Positions 53,186-64,000 of a stretch of DNA of 64,000 nt are shown here, piece after piece. The notes beneath the pieces are model-generated. The model saw only the letters and a program-made list of their open reading frames with translations, ran no database searches and had not been told where the DNA came from. Source of the stretch: Octopus bimaculoides. Taxonomy: Eukaryota. Each line of letters starts with the position of its first letter. Positions within the stretch are counted from its first letter, which is position 1. The stretch covers positions 19,241,333 to 19,305,332 of the forward strand of contig NC_068994.1 in NCBI RefSeq assembly GCF_001194135.2, in the 5' to 3' direction. A program made the position numbers and the translations under genes.

Positions 53186-54773
53186 ACAGAAATAGAAATA
53201 TAAACATTCTTTGTAACCAGCTCATTTGGATTATAGAGTTTAAGATAATATGAGAAAACAGTCAAGTAAAGCATTCTGCATTCTGAAGAATAGTTAGTAG
53301 TAACTGATATAAATTTCTACTTTTTGTGATCTATTTTAAAATCTGGATACACAGAACTATAATAAAGAAGAGTTTCTGTAAAAATCTTCCATATTTGCTA
53401 CAAAGAAAAGTTAGAGTTTTCTAATACAGGAATGAAGAAAGGGGAAATAATGTAGCAACAATGGGATGAGAGATTTTGCTGCCAAATACAGATAATATTG
53501 ACAGTATCCGAAATAAATCAAGAACTCAGAGGATGAACATTACTGAATGATGTCTGTATAAAGCAAAATAATAGTACAAAATGTAAAACAGAAAAAAAAA
53601 AAATATTTAAAAGAATAGAAATTTTATTTTTGAGTAATTTTCTTTATTATAAAAGAATTCATTTTAAGTTTTATCCTGAGTGGAAAATATCCAAACCTAT
53701 TATTTTGTCATAGAAAATAGATACTAACTTTAAAATAGATATCTGGGCTTTAAATTAGTTCTAAGGAAGTTCAGGTACATTATTCAAAATAGAAATTTAA
53801 AATAAACCAAGAGTAATGTTTTCTGTTATAAATACTGACATTTTTAAATATTGATCTAATTTGTTCTAAAGATTTGAAAAGTCAATAAAAATAAAAACTG
53901 GTTCGATTATTGACTGAAAACTTAATGGATTCATATGAATTTTGATAGGAGCTCAAATGCTGTGAAAAACACTTTTGTACCTAAAATATGAGTTGTTAAC
54001 CAAACTTGTAATGGCATTACTTTTGGAAAGGTTGTTGGTCATCTATAACCAACTTCTACTTGTACTCTGAGAGCAGATAATCAGCTAAGGCATGGTACGT
54101 CAAGAGAAGTAAAATATGAAATGAAATTATATAGAAATAAGGACAGACTGATATATGTCATTGGTTGCTAGGAATTCTCAGAGTTTTAATATTTTCCCCA
54201 GATTCCATGGCTTAAAGATGATGAAAGATAACAGCATCAACAGCTACTGCCACAGCAGTTGTCCATACCAAGTATAGTTTTCTATCAATTATTCTCTCTT
54301 CTGTGATATTGTTTGACAGATTCAGAGACTGAACTCAGGCCTCTTAGCTAAACTACTACATTGAATGGTCTAAACACTTAATCAATGCCTATATTCCCTA
54401 TTCCATTGTCCCATAGGACAATTAGGTAATGGATATTAAGAGCTTTAATCCAAACTTGACTTTGTGGTTGTAGATTTAATGTTCTTTGATAAATTTCTCT
54501 TTGATAACTTCCTCCATATGGAAACCTTCAATATCCAGGAACAAGAAGTTGTTACTGATAAAGATTATTCCAAATCCCTGTGTTGTGCTAGTAAATGTTG
54601 ATTGTGCATACAAGTGAGGGAGATAATCTCCCACATTATTAGCAGCTATCCAGAAAGGTCTGCATGGTTCTACCCTTCCATGAAATGAGACAATGTTGCC
54701 AAAGGTACTTACATGCTATTTATAGGAAAGATTGCAAAGGCACAACAGAACCAGAATGTATCCACACTTTTAA

Positions 54774-54992
54774 CCCTTTTGTTACCACATTTCTGTTGAA
54801 TTACTTCCCTCTTTATTTCAATTAATTTTGAAAATAAAGAATTTACTAAAATATCTTGGTCATTACTAAGTTAGTAAATGGAACATAAACTAACATAGGA
54901 TTTTAATAGGAAATTTAAATCCAGAACATTTTATATAGAAAGTTTGTATCATAAAAGCAGGGGCAGTTTTGGGCTTGTTGATATCAAAAGGG
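54774..54992. mobile_element. piggyBac-type MITE (TTAA TSD)
   Basis: TTAA|CCCTTTTGTTACCA ... TGATATCAAAAGGG|TTAA. Confidence 0.85.
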
Positions 54993-55041
54993 TTAAAAGC
55001 AAGAAGGAATATTGGTGGACATTTCAATAAAAACTACAATC

Positions 55042-55395
55042 CAGTGCAAACACAACAGACCTGGTATTGTTCCATGTAGCAAGGAACAAAAGTAATGCAT
55101 TTCTGTACAAGTTAGCTGACCAGCAGATATGAGTTTTCCACCTAAAGTTGAGGGGAAGAGAACATCTATGACAAACTAAGATGGAACTTGCAGCTGTTGT
55201 TTGCTGGCTATAGCCTAGTTTCTATCTACAACTATGATCATAGGTGCACTAGGTTATGTAACATAGAAGCCTGAAAATGCTAAGGTTCCAAAAGCAGAAC
55301 AAAGCAAATCAACTCACATCTTCTAAATCCAGTTGAATGCTGGCACTGGTCAACAAAATTAAATGTATTAAATTCATTATGAATGCAAACCAACT
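55042..55395 (+). mobile_element. Second restriction-like-endonuclease retrotransposon remnant
   Basis: QCKHNRPGIVPCSKEQK*CISVQVS*PADMS and TMIIGALGYVT match H.RPD.V....K.C...EVSCPAD / IIGALG.V. Confidence 0.75.
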
Positions 55396-55490
55396 TTTTT
55401 GGACTAATTTTACATGCTGATTTCAAAATTTCACTCCATTTGTATGCAGTATGTATCAGTTTTTCAGTAGATACATGCAAATATTTACAT

Positions 55491-55521
<31 letters not shown>

Positions 55522-56386
55522 TGTGTGTGTGTGTGTGTGTGTGCTGATATACTTAGGAGGCAAGACTAGGAATAGTGATTAATGTAGGCTCTGGAAGATG
55601 AGGTGGCAGACACAATATAGGTGAAAAAAAAAAAAAGAATGTTTAAGTGTAAAAGACCAGCCAGTTCCAAATAGACACTGCTGTAGTGATAGAAGCAGAA
55701 GAAATAAAAACGGGTAATGCAATGCCTAACCCACTCAGCTATTTTGTTTCTAGATGTACAGCTGTATAAGAAAACTAGTTCTGCTTTCAGATGTTACCTT
55801 ACTTTTGATTCTGCAATTGATGATGATGACGAAAACTTCAAAAAAAGTGTTTACATTTTNNNNNNNNNNNNNNNNNNNNNNNNNNNNNNNNNNNNNNNNN
55901 NNNNNNNNNNNNNNNNNNNNNNNNNNNNNNNNNNNNNNNNNNNNNNNNNNNNNNNNNNNNNNNNNNNNNNNNNNNNNNNNNNNNNNNNNNNNNNNNNNNN
56001 NNNNNNNNNNNNNNNNNNNNNNNNNNNNNNNNNNNNNNNNNNNNNNNNNNNNNNNNNNNNNNNNNNNNNNNNNNNNNNNNNNNNNNNNNNNNNNNNNNNN
56101 NNNNTAGATCCTCCTCCAATAGAATTTAGTTGGACTAATTATATATAGGTAGAAGTTCACTTTACAGCCACATGGTTTTGGGTTCAGTATGTGTTTTCAA
56201 TGTGTACAAATAACGCGGAAAAAAAAAAATATATAGTTACCAGGGTAGCAAAAATTCACATAAGTACCAAGGATGTTACAGCCTACTTATAAAGGTAGAA
56301 AATCCAGGGTTTAGTGAAATGCTTTTGTATAACATAGATAAATTAAGAAATGGAATCAAACACAGGTGTTATTCAAATATTTATAA

Positions 56387-56473
56387 TTCGGACAAATGTT
56401 TCAAAGAAAACATTGGTATTATTCCTGAAGGAATAAAATGATGTAAACCAATGTAATCATCTCATCAGGGAAA
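56387..56473 (-). ncRNA. Type I hammerhead ribozyme motif (left arm of foldback)
   Basis: Minus strand: TTTCC CTGATGA G-long stem II (ACATTG/CAATGT, TTATTCC/GGAATAA)-T GAAAC ATTT GTC CGAA. Core CUGAUGA/GAAA/GUC is intact; the first stem I pair is C-C. Confidence 0.6.
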
Positions 56474-56811
56474 AAAGAGAAACAAAACACACCAATAAGC
56501 CATTTTAACTGAATGTGATTACTGTGTATATGATGAAGGGAACGCTGGCAAGTTATTTTTTAAAAAACTGTAAATAGATTTAACGTCAGAGGCAATTTAG
56601 AGAAAGAGGAGGAGGAGGAGGAGAAAGAAAGAAATTAACTCTTAATTTTCTGTTAATTTCTTTCTTTCTCCTCCTCCTCGTTCTCTAAATTGCCTCTGAC
56701 GTTAAATCTATTGACAGTTTTTTAAAGAATAACTTGCCAGCATTCCCTTCATCATATACGCAGCAATCACTTTGGGTTAAAATGGCTTATTGATGTGTTT
56801 TGTTTCTCTTT

Positions 56812-56899
56812 TTCCCCTGATGAGACGATTACATTGTTTTACATCATTTTATTCCCTCAGGAATAATATCAATGTTTTCTTCAAAACGTATGTCGGAAG
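56812..56899 (+). ncRNA. Type I hammerhead ribozyme motif, G12>A (right arm of foldback)
   Basis: TTCCC CTGATGA GACGA...TCTTC AAAAC GTAT GTC GGAAG. G10.1-C11.1 and the stem I GG/CC are intact; GAAA is changed to AAAA. Confidence 0.55.
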
Positions 56900-57759
56900 T
56901 ATAAAGATTTGAATAACACCTGCGCTTAAATCCATTTCTTAATCTATCTATCTATCTATCTATTTATATATATAAATAAGGGAAAAGCAATGAAAGTCTT
57001 TCAATTATTTGATTTAAGAGTGATATTTTAGTCAGCAATTGGTATTATCTCAAATGGCAAAAGGGAAAATAATTAAAAATGTATAATGTTCATTACTGTT
57101 GCTGCTAGCGATGACAATGATGATGGTGACTGAATTCATTCTTCAGGTTTTCAAACACTATTTTATTATGTTAGTTTGGTTCAAAAGATTGTGTGTAATA
57201 AGATATTTAATTAAAAGGAAATGGAATTTTTATCTACTGAAATTATTGATAAAATTAATTGTTATCTTTCTTCAAATAGCTCAACACCATTAGTACTGAA
57301 TATTCATACACACAGCAGTAATGTAGCAAATTTTAGTGTTCCCAAAGTAGAGACCTCAGTATCTAGTTTTGCTGTTCAATGGTTCAAAATTCATATTGCA
57401 CTATAGTCAAACATCAAATGCCAGAAAAATTCTACTAGTTCACTTGATTTGCTAGAAAAAGCAGATAAATCTCCTTCATATTACAGCCAATGATCTTTAA
57501 AAGGAAAGTACATATCTGAATTTAAAATAAAGTATGTGCCTAAGAGGAAAAGCTGCATACTCATGGCTGGAATATCTTTGACAACAGATCTGTTTGATCA
57601 TGGCTGATAGACAACAATAATCCCATCTCTACCATTATGATTAATAAGAAATATTAGCAGTTATGTCAATTTGCTAATATCTATTAGCAATTTTTAAAAC
57701 ATCACTTAGAAATGTGAGTCTTGAGGCTATTATATATATATATATATATATATATAGTA

Positions 57760-58163
57760 GGCGCAGGAGTGACTGTGTAGTAAGTAGCTTGCTTACCGAC
57801 CACATCGTTCCGGGTTCATTCCCACTGTGTAGCACCTTGGGCAAGTGTCTCTTACTATAGCCTCGGGCTGACCAAAACCTTGTGAGTGGATTTGGTAGAT
57901 AGAAACTGAAAGAAGCCCGTCGTATATATGTATATGTATATATATGTATGTGTGTGTTTATGTTTGTGTATCTGTGTTTGTCCCTCAGCATCACTTGACA
58001 ACCGATGGTGGTGTGTTTACGTCCCTGTAACTTAGCGGTTCGGCAAAAGTGACTGAAAGAATAAGTACTAGGCTTCCAAAGAATAAGTCCTGGGGTCGAT
58101 TTGTTCGACTAAAGGCGGTGCTCCAGCATGGCTGCAGTCAAATGACTGAAACAAGTAACAGAG
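57760..58163 (+). mobile_element. SINE family A, most complete copy
   Basis: GGCGCAGGAGTGACTGTGTAGTAAG head, GGGTTCATTCCC box B, CACCTTGGGCAAGTG CORE-like segment, internal TA/TG tract, GAAACAAGTAA tail. Confidence 0.92.
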
Positions 58164-58197
<34 letters not shown>

Positions 58198-58364
58198 TAA
58201 CATGGATAGAATATTGAACAACAGTTTCATAAATCAAAGATCCACATTTGCTGCAGATGGTTTATTGTTCCACAGAACAAGACAATCGTTTCATATACTT
58301 CAGTATACTTAAAGTAGTCTAAACACCTGTTAAACAGTTTGCACTCCAAAAAGTCTATTTTTAA

Positions 58365-58540
58365 CCCTTTTATTACTATAATGCTTTTGAAATACACTGC
58401 CTTTGTTTCAAACAATTTTGAAAATAATGAATTAAGTAAAATGACTTTCATATTATTAAGTTGGTGGCTGGAACAGAATTTAATCTGAATTAAATGTTTA
58501 ATAAAAATTTCCGGTTAATTTATGTTCCAAACAACAGCTT
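58365..58540. mobile_element. Truncated copy of the 54774 TTAA MITE family
   Basis: TTAA|CCCTTTTATTACTA...AATTTTGAAAATAATGAATT..GTAAAAT matches 54774-54860. Right TIR not seen. Confidence 0.6.
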
Positions 58541-60160
58541 ACATAGGCTCGGTGTATCTGTGATTTATGTAAGATTTAACTAAGTGGAAAGAGATGACAG
58601 CTCTCATCTGCAATGTCTTTTTAAATTTGCAGTAAAAAGAATTTTCTTTTTTCACTCTATGAAGGTGAAAAGGTTTAAGTAGAAGCTATTCTAGTAATAT
58701 GCAAAAGCAAATCCAAAGGCTGAATTTTCAACAACATTATTACTAATACTACTACAACTAATAATAGAAAATATTAATAATAATAATAGTAATGTCTCTG
58801 AAAAACATTTGTATGATAAACATATTGGTTTCTTTTAAAATTAGCCTTGAAAGTTCTATATGTTCGGGGAAAGGATTATGTACTTAAAACATATGCTTTC
58901 CCACAAGTAAGATGACTTCAATCAGAATTTCAAAATTGCAAACTTAGTCTGCACATTGGAAGTTACTCATTTGTTCTAAAGGTACCACAGTATTGTAAAC
59001 ACTAAATTCTCAACAGCTTATTTCAAATAAAATTTATGATTTTTTTTCATGCTAGAGACTTGAAATGGATTGTCTATTAACAATAAGAAAAGAAAAAGTG
59101 AATAATAATCCAAACATTTTATTTGATTCAATTTAACTGCTATGGTATTTCAATTTATTTATTTATTTATTTATTTTCTAGAAAAATTACTAATTCATTT
59201 GTTGTACTTGTTTGGCAAAAAATTTTATCCTGTGGTCATGTCTGGAATCTAAAATAGTTGTACTGTCATACTGGACATTTAAAAGACATGTGCAGAGTTA
59301 AATACACTTCTGTTGTATTATTTTTTTATCATATGTCTGCTCTTTATTATGTAATAAATTATTATTCAAAAAAGAAAAAAAAGAAAAGAAACTCTGGCCT
59401 CAGATACTTTATTCAGTTTTGTTTTAAATTGTAACTTCACATAAATCTTTTATGTTAATAACACACAACATTTATTATGGCTTTTGGAACAAAATTATCA
59501 TTGGTGACTCATTGAGACAATATATATAAATATGTAAATCTCTCTCTCGCTCTCTCTCCACACACACAAACACACATGCGCTTATATGTGTATGTATGTA
59601 TTTTCACACATGTACAATATCTATATGTAAATACAACATATATGTGAATTATAAACTTACATATAAAATACAATGTGTGTAAAATACAATATATACACAT
59701 ACATATAATTTGTAAATATGTATTTTATTTATTATAATACTACAAAAACATGTGTGTATGTAAGTATATACTCACCTACATACAAATACACACATATCTA
59801 ATTTATATAAACAACAAAATACTCAAATTCTGTTGCTACCAGATTTTGTGTGTATGTTTAAATCATGATCATCATCCTCATTGATGACTTTTCTCCCCAG
59901 ACTGACGTGGATTAGGTAAATCTAACAGACATTCATCATGTTGTCACTTTACACAATATTTTATCATCTCATCATGAAATCTAATCCCATTATGTCTTCC
60001 TATTTCTCTCCCCAGCATCATCTGCCAGTGTTTATTATTCAGAATTCCTTGTCCATCTGCATTACAAAATCATACTAGTGCAGGCATTGCTTCATATATA
60101 TTTCACTAGAACGTCTACTCAACTCTAAAATGTTCTCAGTCTAAACTGATTGCTTTTTAA

Positions 60161-60535
60161 TCCTTTAGCATTTAAACCAGCTATATCCAGCCCAAATTCA
60201 CGACTTGTTTTATGTTCAGTTCAAACTGGCTAGATCCAACTTCTCATACCTACCCTACAACGTCATTCTAAAAATATACAATCACATCATTGAAATCTTG
60301 AAACTACAAGATAATGTATAATTGATTTGGCCATATCTGGCCAAAATATTCCATGTTTCGTGTTCATACTAACCAGATCCAGGCTCTTACATCTACCCTA
60401 TAAAGTTATTCTAAAAATAAACACTCACATCATTGAAATCTTGAAGCTACAAGATAATAGATGATTAATTCAAAACAATGTGAATAAATAATAAATAAGC
60501 ATTATGACTGATAGAATAATCTGAATGCTAAAGGG
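60161..60535. mobile_element. piggyBac-type MITE with an internal duplication of about 145 bp
   Basis: TTAA|TCCTTTAGCATTTA ... TGAATGCTAAAGGG|TTAA. CACATCATTGAAATCTTGAA.CTACAAGATAAT occurs twice. Confidence 0.85.
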
Positions 60536-61303
60536 TTAAACTTTCCTAAGTCTATTCTTACAATAGGATACCTTCCTCTGTTAGCCAGCTCATACAACCT
60601 TTTCTCTCAACCCACATACATACTAAATAAGTATTTGGTCATTTACTCTGGTAAAAAAAAAATCAGTTAAAAGACATTTATGTGTTATGATATGAAAAGA
60701 ATTTTAACATTTCTCAATGTATGTATTTAGCATTTCATGGTTTGAAACCTAAGTATCTACCAACTGGACTGTGATTAATAAGTGTCTTATGAGTAGGCAG
60801 TGTTAACATGAGGCTAAGTTGATATCAAGAAGTGTTCAGCACATGCCATCTTGAAACAGGAAGAGACTTAAAACTCAGGAAGTACAAGAAAAATTCCCAG
60901 AAAATATGAGTCAGAGCATAGCTTTGTGAAGGACATGATGAGGGAGGAGTCAGATTAGATAAAGGAAGTAGGGGGAAGGAAGCGAAAATGATTTTTTTTT
61001 TTTAATAAATATATATCGTTATCTGATTGTCATGACAAAAAAAAAAAATTCTCATCTTCAAGGTATTGATGTATCCAGGTAGTGGATACATGTGAGTGGT
61101 TGTGTGTAAGTGTTTGTGTGTGTGTTAGAGGAAGAGAGAGAGAGATAGGAAGGGGAAAGGAAAGGGAGTAATGTTAGCACATGTGTGAGTAATGGTTTAT
61201 GCATCTTTGAACCCTTTATCAGGGATCAGTTAACAAGACAGTCATAGTTCAGTATCATGTAAAAGGGTATGGTTGTGTGTGTGTGTGTGTGTGTATGCTT
61301 GTG

Positions 61304-61348
<45 letters not shown>

Positions 61349-62661
61349 CAGACAAAGAGGGATAGAGACAGACAAACAGATTATTTATATAACTAAGTGT
61401 TTTCTATGGCTAGTCTGGCTTAGTCATTAGTATCAGGAGACTGGTCTGGTTTAGTTACTGCTGTTCAAACCATAACACTCTGTCCCTGATAATGGAGAGA
61501 CCTTATTTAGGGGTCTATTCAATTTGCTCTCACAGGTTGGCAAGACACCAACCAATCCCTTGTTTTAGTTTTTTATTTGCTTCTTATTTTCTTTTTCTAT
61601 TTCTCTTTTTAAATTTTTCTGTTTCCTTTTTAAAGTATTACTAGTATTACTATTCACTGCTGACTACATCCCCCTACCCTCTATATCATCAGGTGATCAG
61701 ATCTGACTAAATGAAACACATGCTCTCTCTCCCTTATAGTCACACACACACACACACACACACACAATTAAATTGTACACAAATGCATGCACCCATACAT
61801 ATGCAGCACATGTAGTTGCACTTGTACACACACAGACATGGAGGCATATTCACTTTCAGAATTAGAAGAAATATATGGAGTAGATAGAGCAGGGAAATTT
61901 TAATGTTTCATTTCAAACAGTGCCTGTCATCAAAAAGAAAATAAAAACATCCTTTTTATGGAGTAGAATGCCTCACTTCAAACTTAATAGACAACGTAGA
62001 ATATTTCTTTGAAATTAGAACTTCAAATTAATATCATGTCTCATTATGAAATTCGCTGCATCACTTATTAAAATCGATGTACAGCAACTGGAAAATGTAA
62101 AAGTATGAAACAAAAGAGGGAGTCTCTAAGAAGTTGATTAACCTGCTAGAACTAGCAGCCAAATCTCTCAAATTGCACTCTTTGTCATTCAAAAATATAT
62201 GAAATAATATACTCCAAGGCACCTCTAGTAATTTTCAAATAAGCTAATGTTTTAGAAGTAAATGTGTGTGTGTGTGAAAAAATGTGTGTGTGTATGTGTG
62301 TGTTGTGGCTGAAGATAGCTTTAAACCATCCTTTCTACCAATTATATACTCATATAATGATGCAACGACTGTGTATAAAGCTTGAAACACGTGTACCGCG
62401 GAATCCTTTGTGTTCTNNNNNNNNNNNNNNNNNNNNNNNNNNNNNNNNNNNNNNNNNNNNNNNNNNNNNNNNNNNNNNNNNNNNNNNNNNNNNNNNNNNN
62501 NNNNNNNNNNNNNNNNNNNNNNNNNNNNNNNNNNNNNNNNNNNNNNNNNNNNNNNNNNNNNNNNNNNNNNNNNNNNNNNNNNNNNNNNNNNNNNNNNNNN
62601 NNNNNNNNNNNNNNNNNNNNNNNNNNNNNNNNNNNNNATATATATATATATATATATATAC

Positions 62662-63600
62662 ATACATATATATACTTGTAAATTGAGGATGTAATCGTTA
62701 AAATGATTATATCAGTGGCTAGCATATAAACAATGACCATATCAGTAAAATTAATTTTTATGCCAGCACCTAAACACTAGAAGCAGATGTCAAATACCCA
62801 CAATCCACTTTTAATTTGTTCTCTATCTATAACCCCAGGTTGAATGCAAAGTAATGAGCAAGAAGATTTACAAAATTTCAGATAATCTTATATCTTAAGA
62901 TTTCATGCTCTGTAATAGAGATTACTTTGCAATCCTCAGTAGAGATACATCGGCAAGTATATATACCTTGCATTCGACCTGGGGTTATAAATAGAGAACA
63001 AATTTAGAGTGGATTGTAGGTATTTGACATCTACTTCTAGCATATAAGCGCTGGCATTCCAGCGCCCTTAATTATAATTATATTCTTATAATTATATACT
63101 TAAAAATTAACTTTATCGATATGGTCTTTTTTTTATATGCTAGCCACTGATATAACCATTTTAATGATTATATCCTCAATTTATAAGTATAAATAATTTT
63201 TGAGTTCTCTAGTCATTGTATTATGCTGCAGTGCTGTACTTATCCCATATGATTTCTGACATTAACCACATGGTCGAGATGGGCTAGTAGATGGAATGTA
63301 TATGCGGGAAATGCATGTATATATTGGTATCTGAACAAACAGATTTATTGGTATGTATATGTATTTTTCACTTATATATTTGTCGGTGTATCTCCACTGA
63401 GGATTGCAAAACAATCTCTATTACAGAGCATGAAATCTTAAAATATAGGATCATCTAAAATTTTGTAAATTTTCTTGGTTATTACCTTGCATTCAACCTG
63501 AGGTTATAAATAGAGAACAAATTTAGAATGGATTGTAGGTATTTGTGTCTACTTCTAGCATAGAGGCACATTCCAGCAGCCTTAATTATAATTATATTTT
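62662..63600. repeat. Interlocking inverted/direct repeat complex (A B C B' A' ... C' B'')
   Basis: A 62662-62760 pairs with 63100-63190; B 62761-62855 pairs with 62962-63060 and 63483-63560; C 62850-62962 pairs with 63372-63485. Confidence 0.85.
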
Positions 63601-63689
63601 TATTATTATATACTTAAGAATATATGATTGACCGTTGACTGAACACTATTCAATTTTTTTTCTCCGTGTTTTTCTCCTTGTCTCCGTAT

Positions 63690-63726
63690 TCTTTCTGTTG
63701 AAGAGTGTAGCTCGAAACGTCAAAGA
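63690..63726 (+). ncRNA. Minimal Penelope-type hammerhead motif (A6>U variant)
   Basis: TCTTT CTGTTGAA GAG-TGTAG-CTC GAAAC GTC AAAGA. Stem I is TCTTT/AAAGA, stem II is GAG/CTC, loopless palindromic ACGT stem III, GUC site. Confidence 0.6.
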
Positions 63727-63815
63727 CTTTCCGTATTCCCGAGCGTCATACTAATATATACTTTTGTTATTTACACCACCTGTCCTCGTCTGTTGTTATT
63801 ATTTGTATATTCTCC

Positions 63816-63846
<31 letters not shown>

Positions 63847-64000
63847 ATTTTCCAGAGGATGTAGCAACCGCTACCAATATAGTATAAAAACTTACCTTAG
63901 GGGATCATTAACTAGATTCCTTAAGGGTCGTTCTCACAGTTTATATTTATATTATAAGGTTTTTAACTTTTAAATTTTCATATTCAAAAGAGACAGAGAC

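Larger units (their letters stand above)
56342..56943. repeat. 602-bp foldback: about 295-bp inverted arms, 12-nt spacer
   Basis: 56342-56639 is the reverse complement of 56652-56943 with scattered substitutions. Spacer TCTTAATTTTCT at 56640-56651. Confidence 0.95.

Overview
This is 64 kb of AT-rich eukaryotic DNA that is mostly intronic or intergenic, with four assembly gaps (11623-11912, 24935-24964, 55860-56104, 62417-62637). The repeat landscape (three or more tRNA-headed SINE families, RTE LINEs with (GAT)n tails, dense AT/GT/GA microsatellites) is most consistent with an octopod cephalopod; this is inferred from recalled repeat families, not from a search. No intact multi-exon gene, rRNA, tRNA or CRISPR array is recognisable. 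One convincing candidate coding exon (21604-21797, minus strand, hydrophobic, unidentified) suggests most of the window may be intron. The rest is a record of decayed mobile DNA: RTE, CR1/L2-like, restriction-like-endonuclease (R4/Dong-like), Penelope-like and Ty3/gypsy retroelements, two mariners, hAT/pogo/piggyBac-type MITEs and several large palindromes. The most interesting signal is a set of hammerhead-ribozyme motifs, identified by manual base-pairing. A 600-bp foldback (56342-56943) carries one type I hammerhead per arm, each with different defects, and the two combine into a canonical consensus. A minimal Penelope-type hammerhead lies at 63690-63726, and weaker hammerhead-like motifs lie in an interlocking inverted repeat (62662-63600). 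All translations and alignments were done by eye, and repeat boundaries are approximate unless TIRs or TSDs are quoted.
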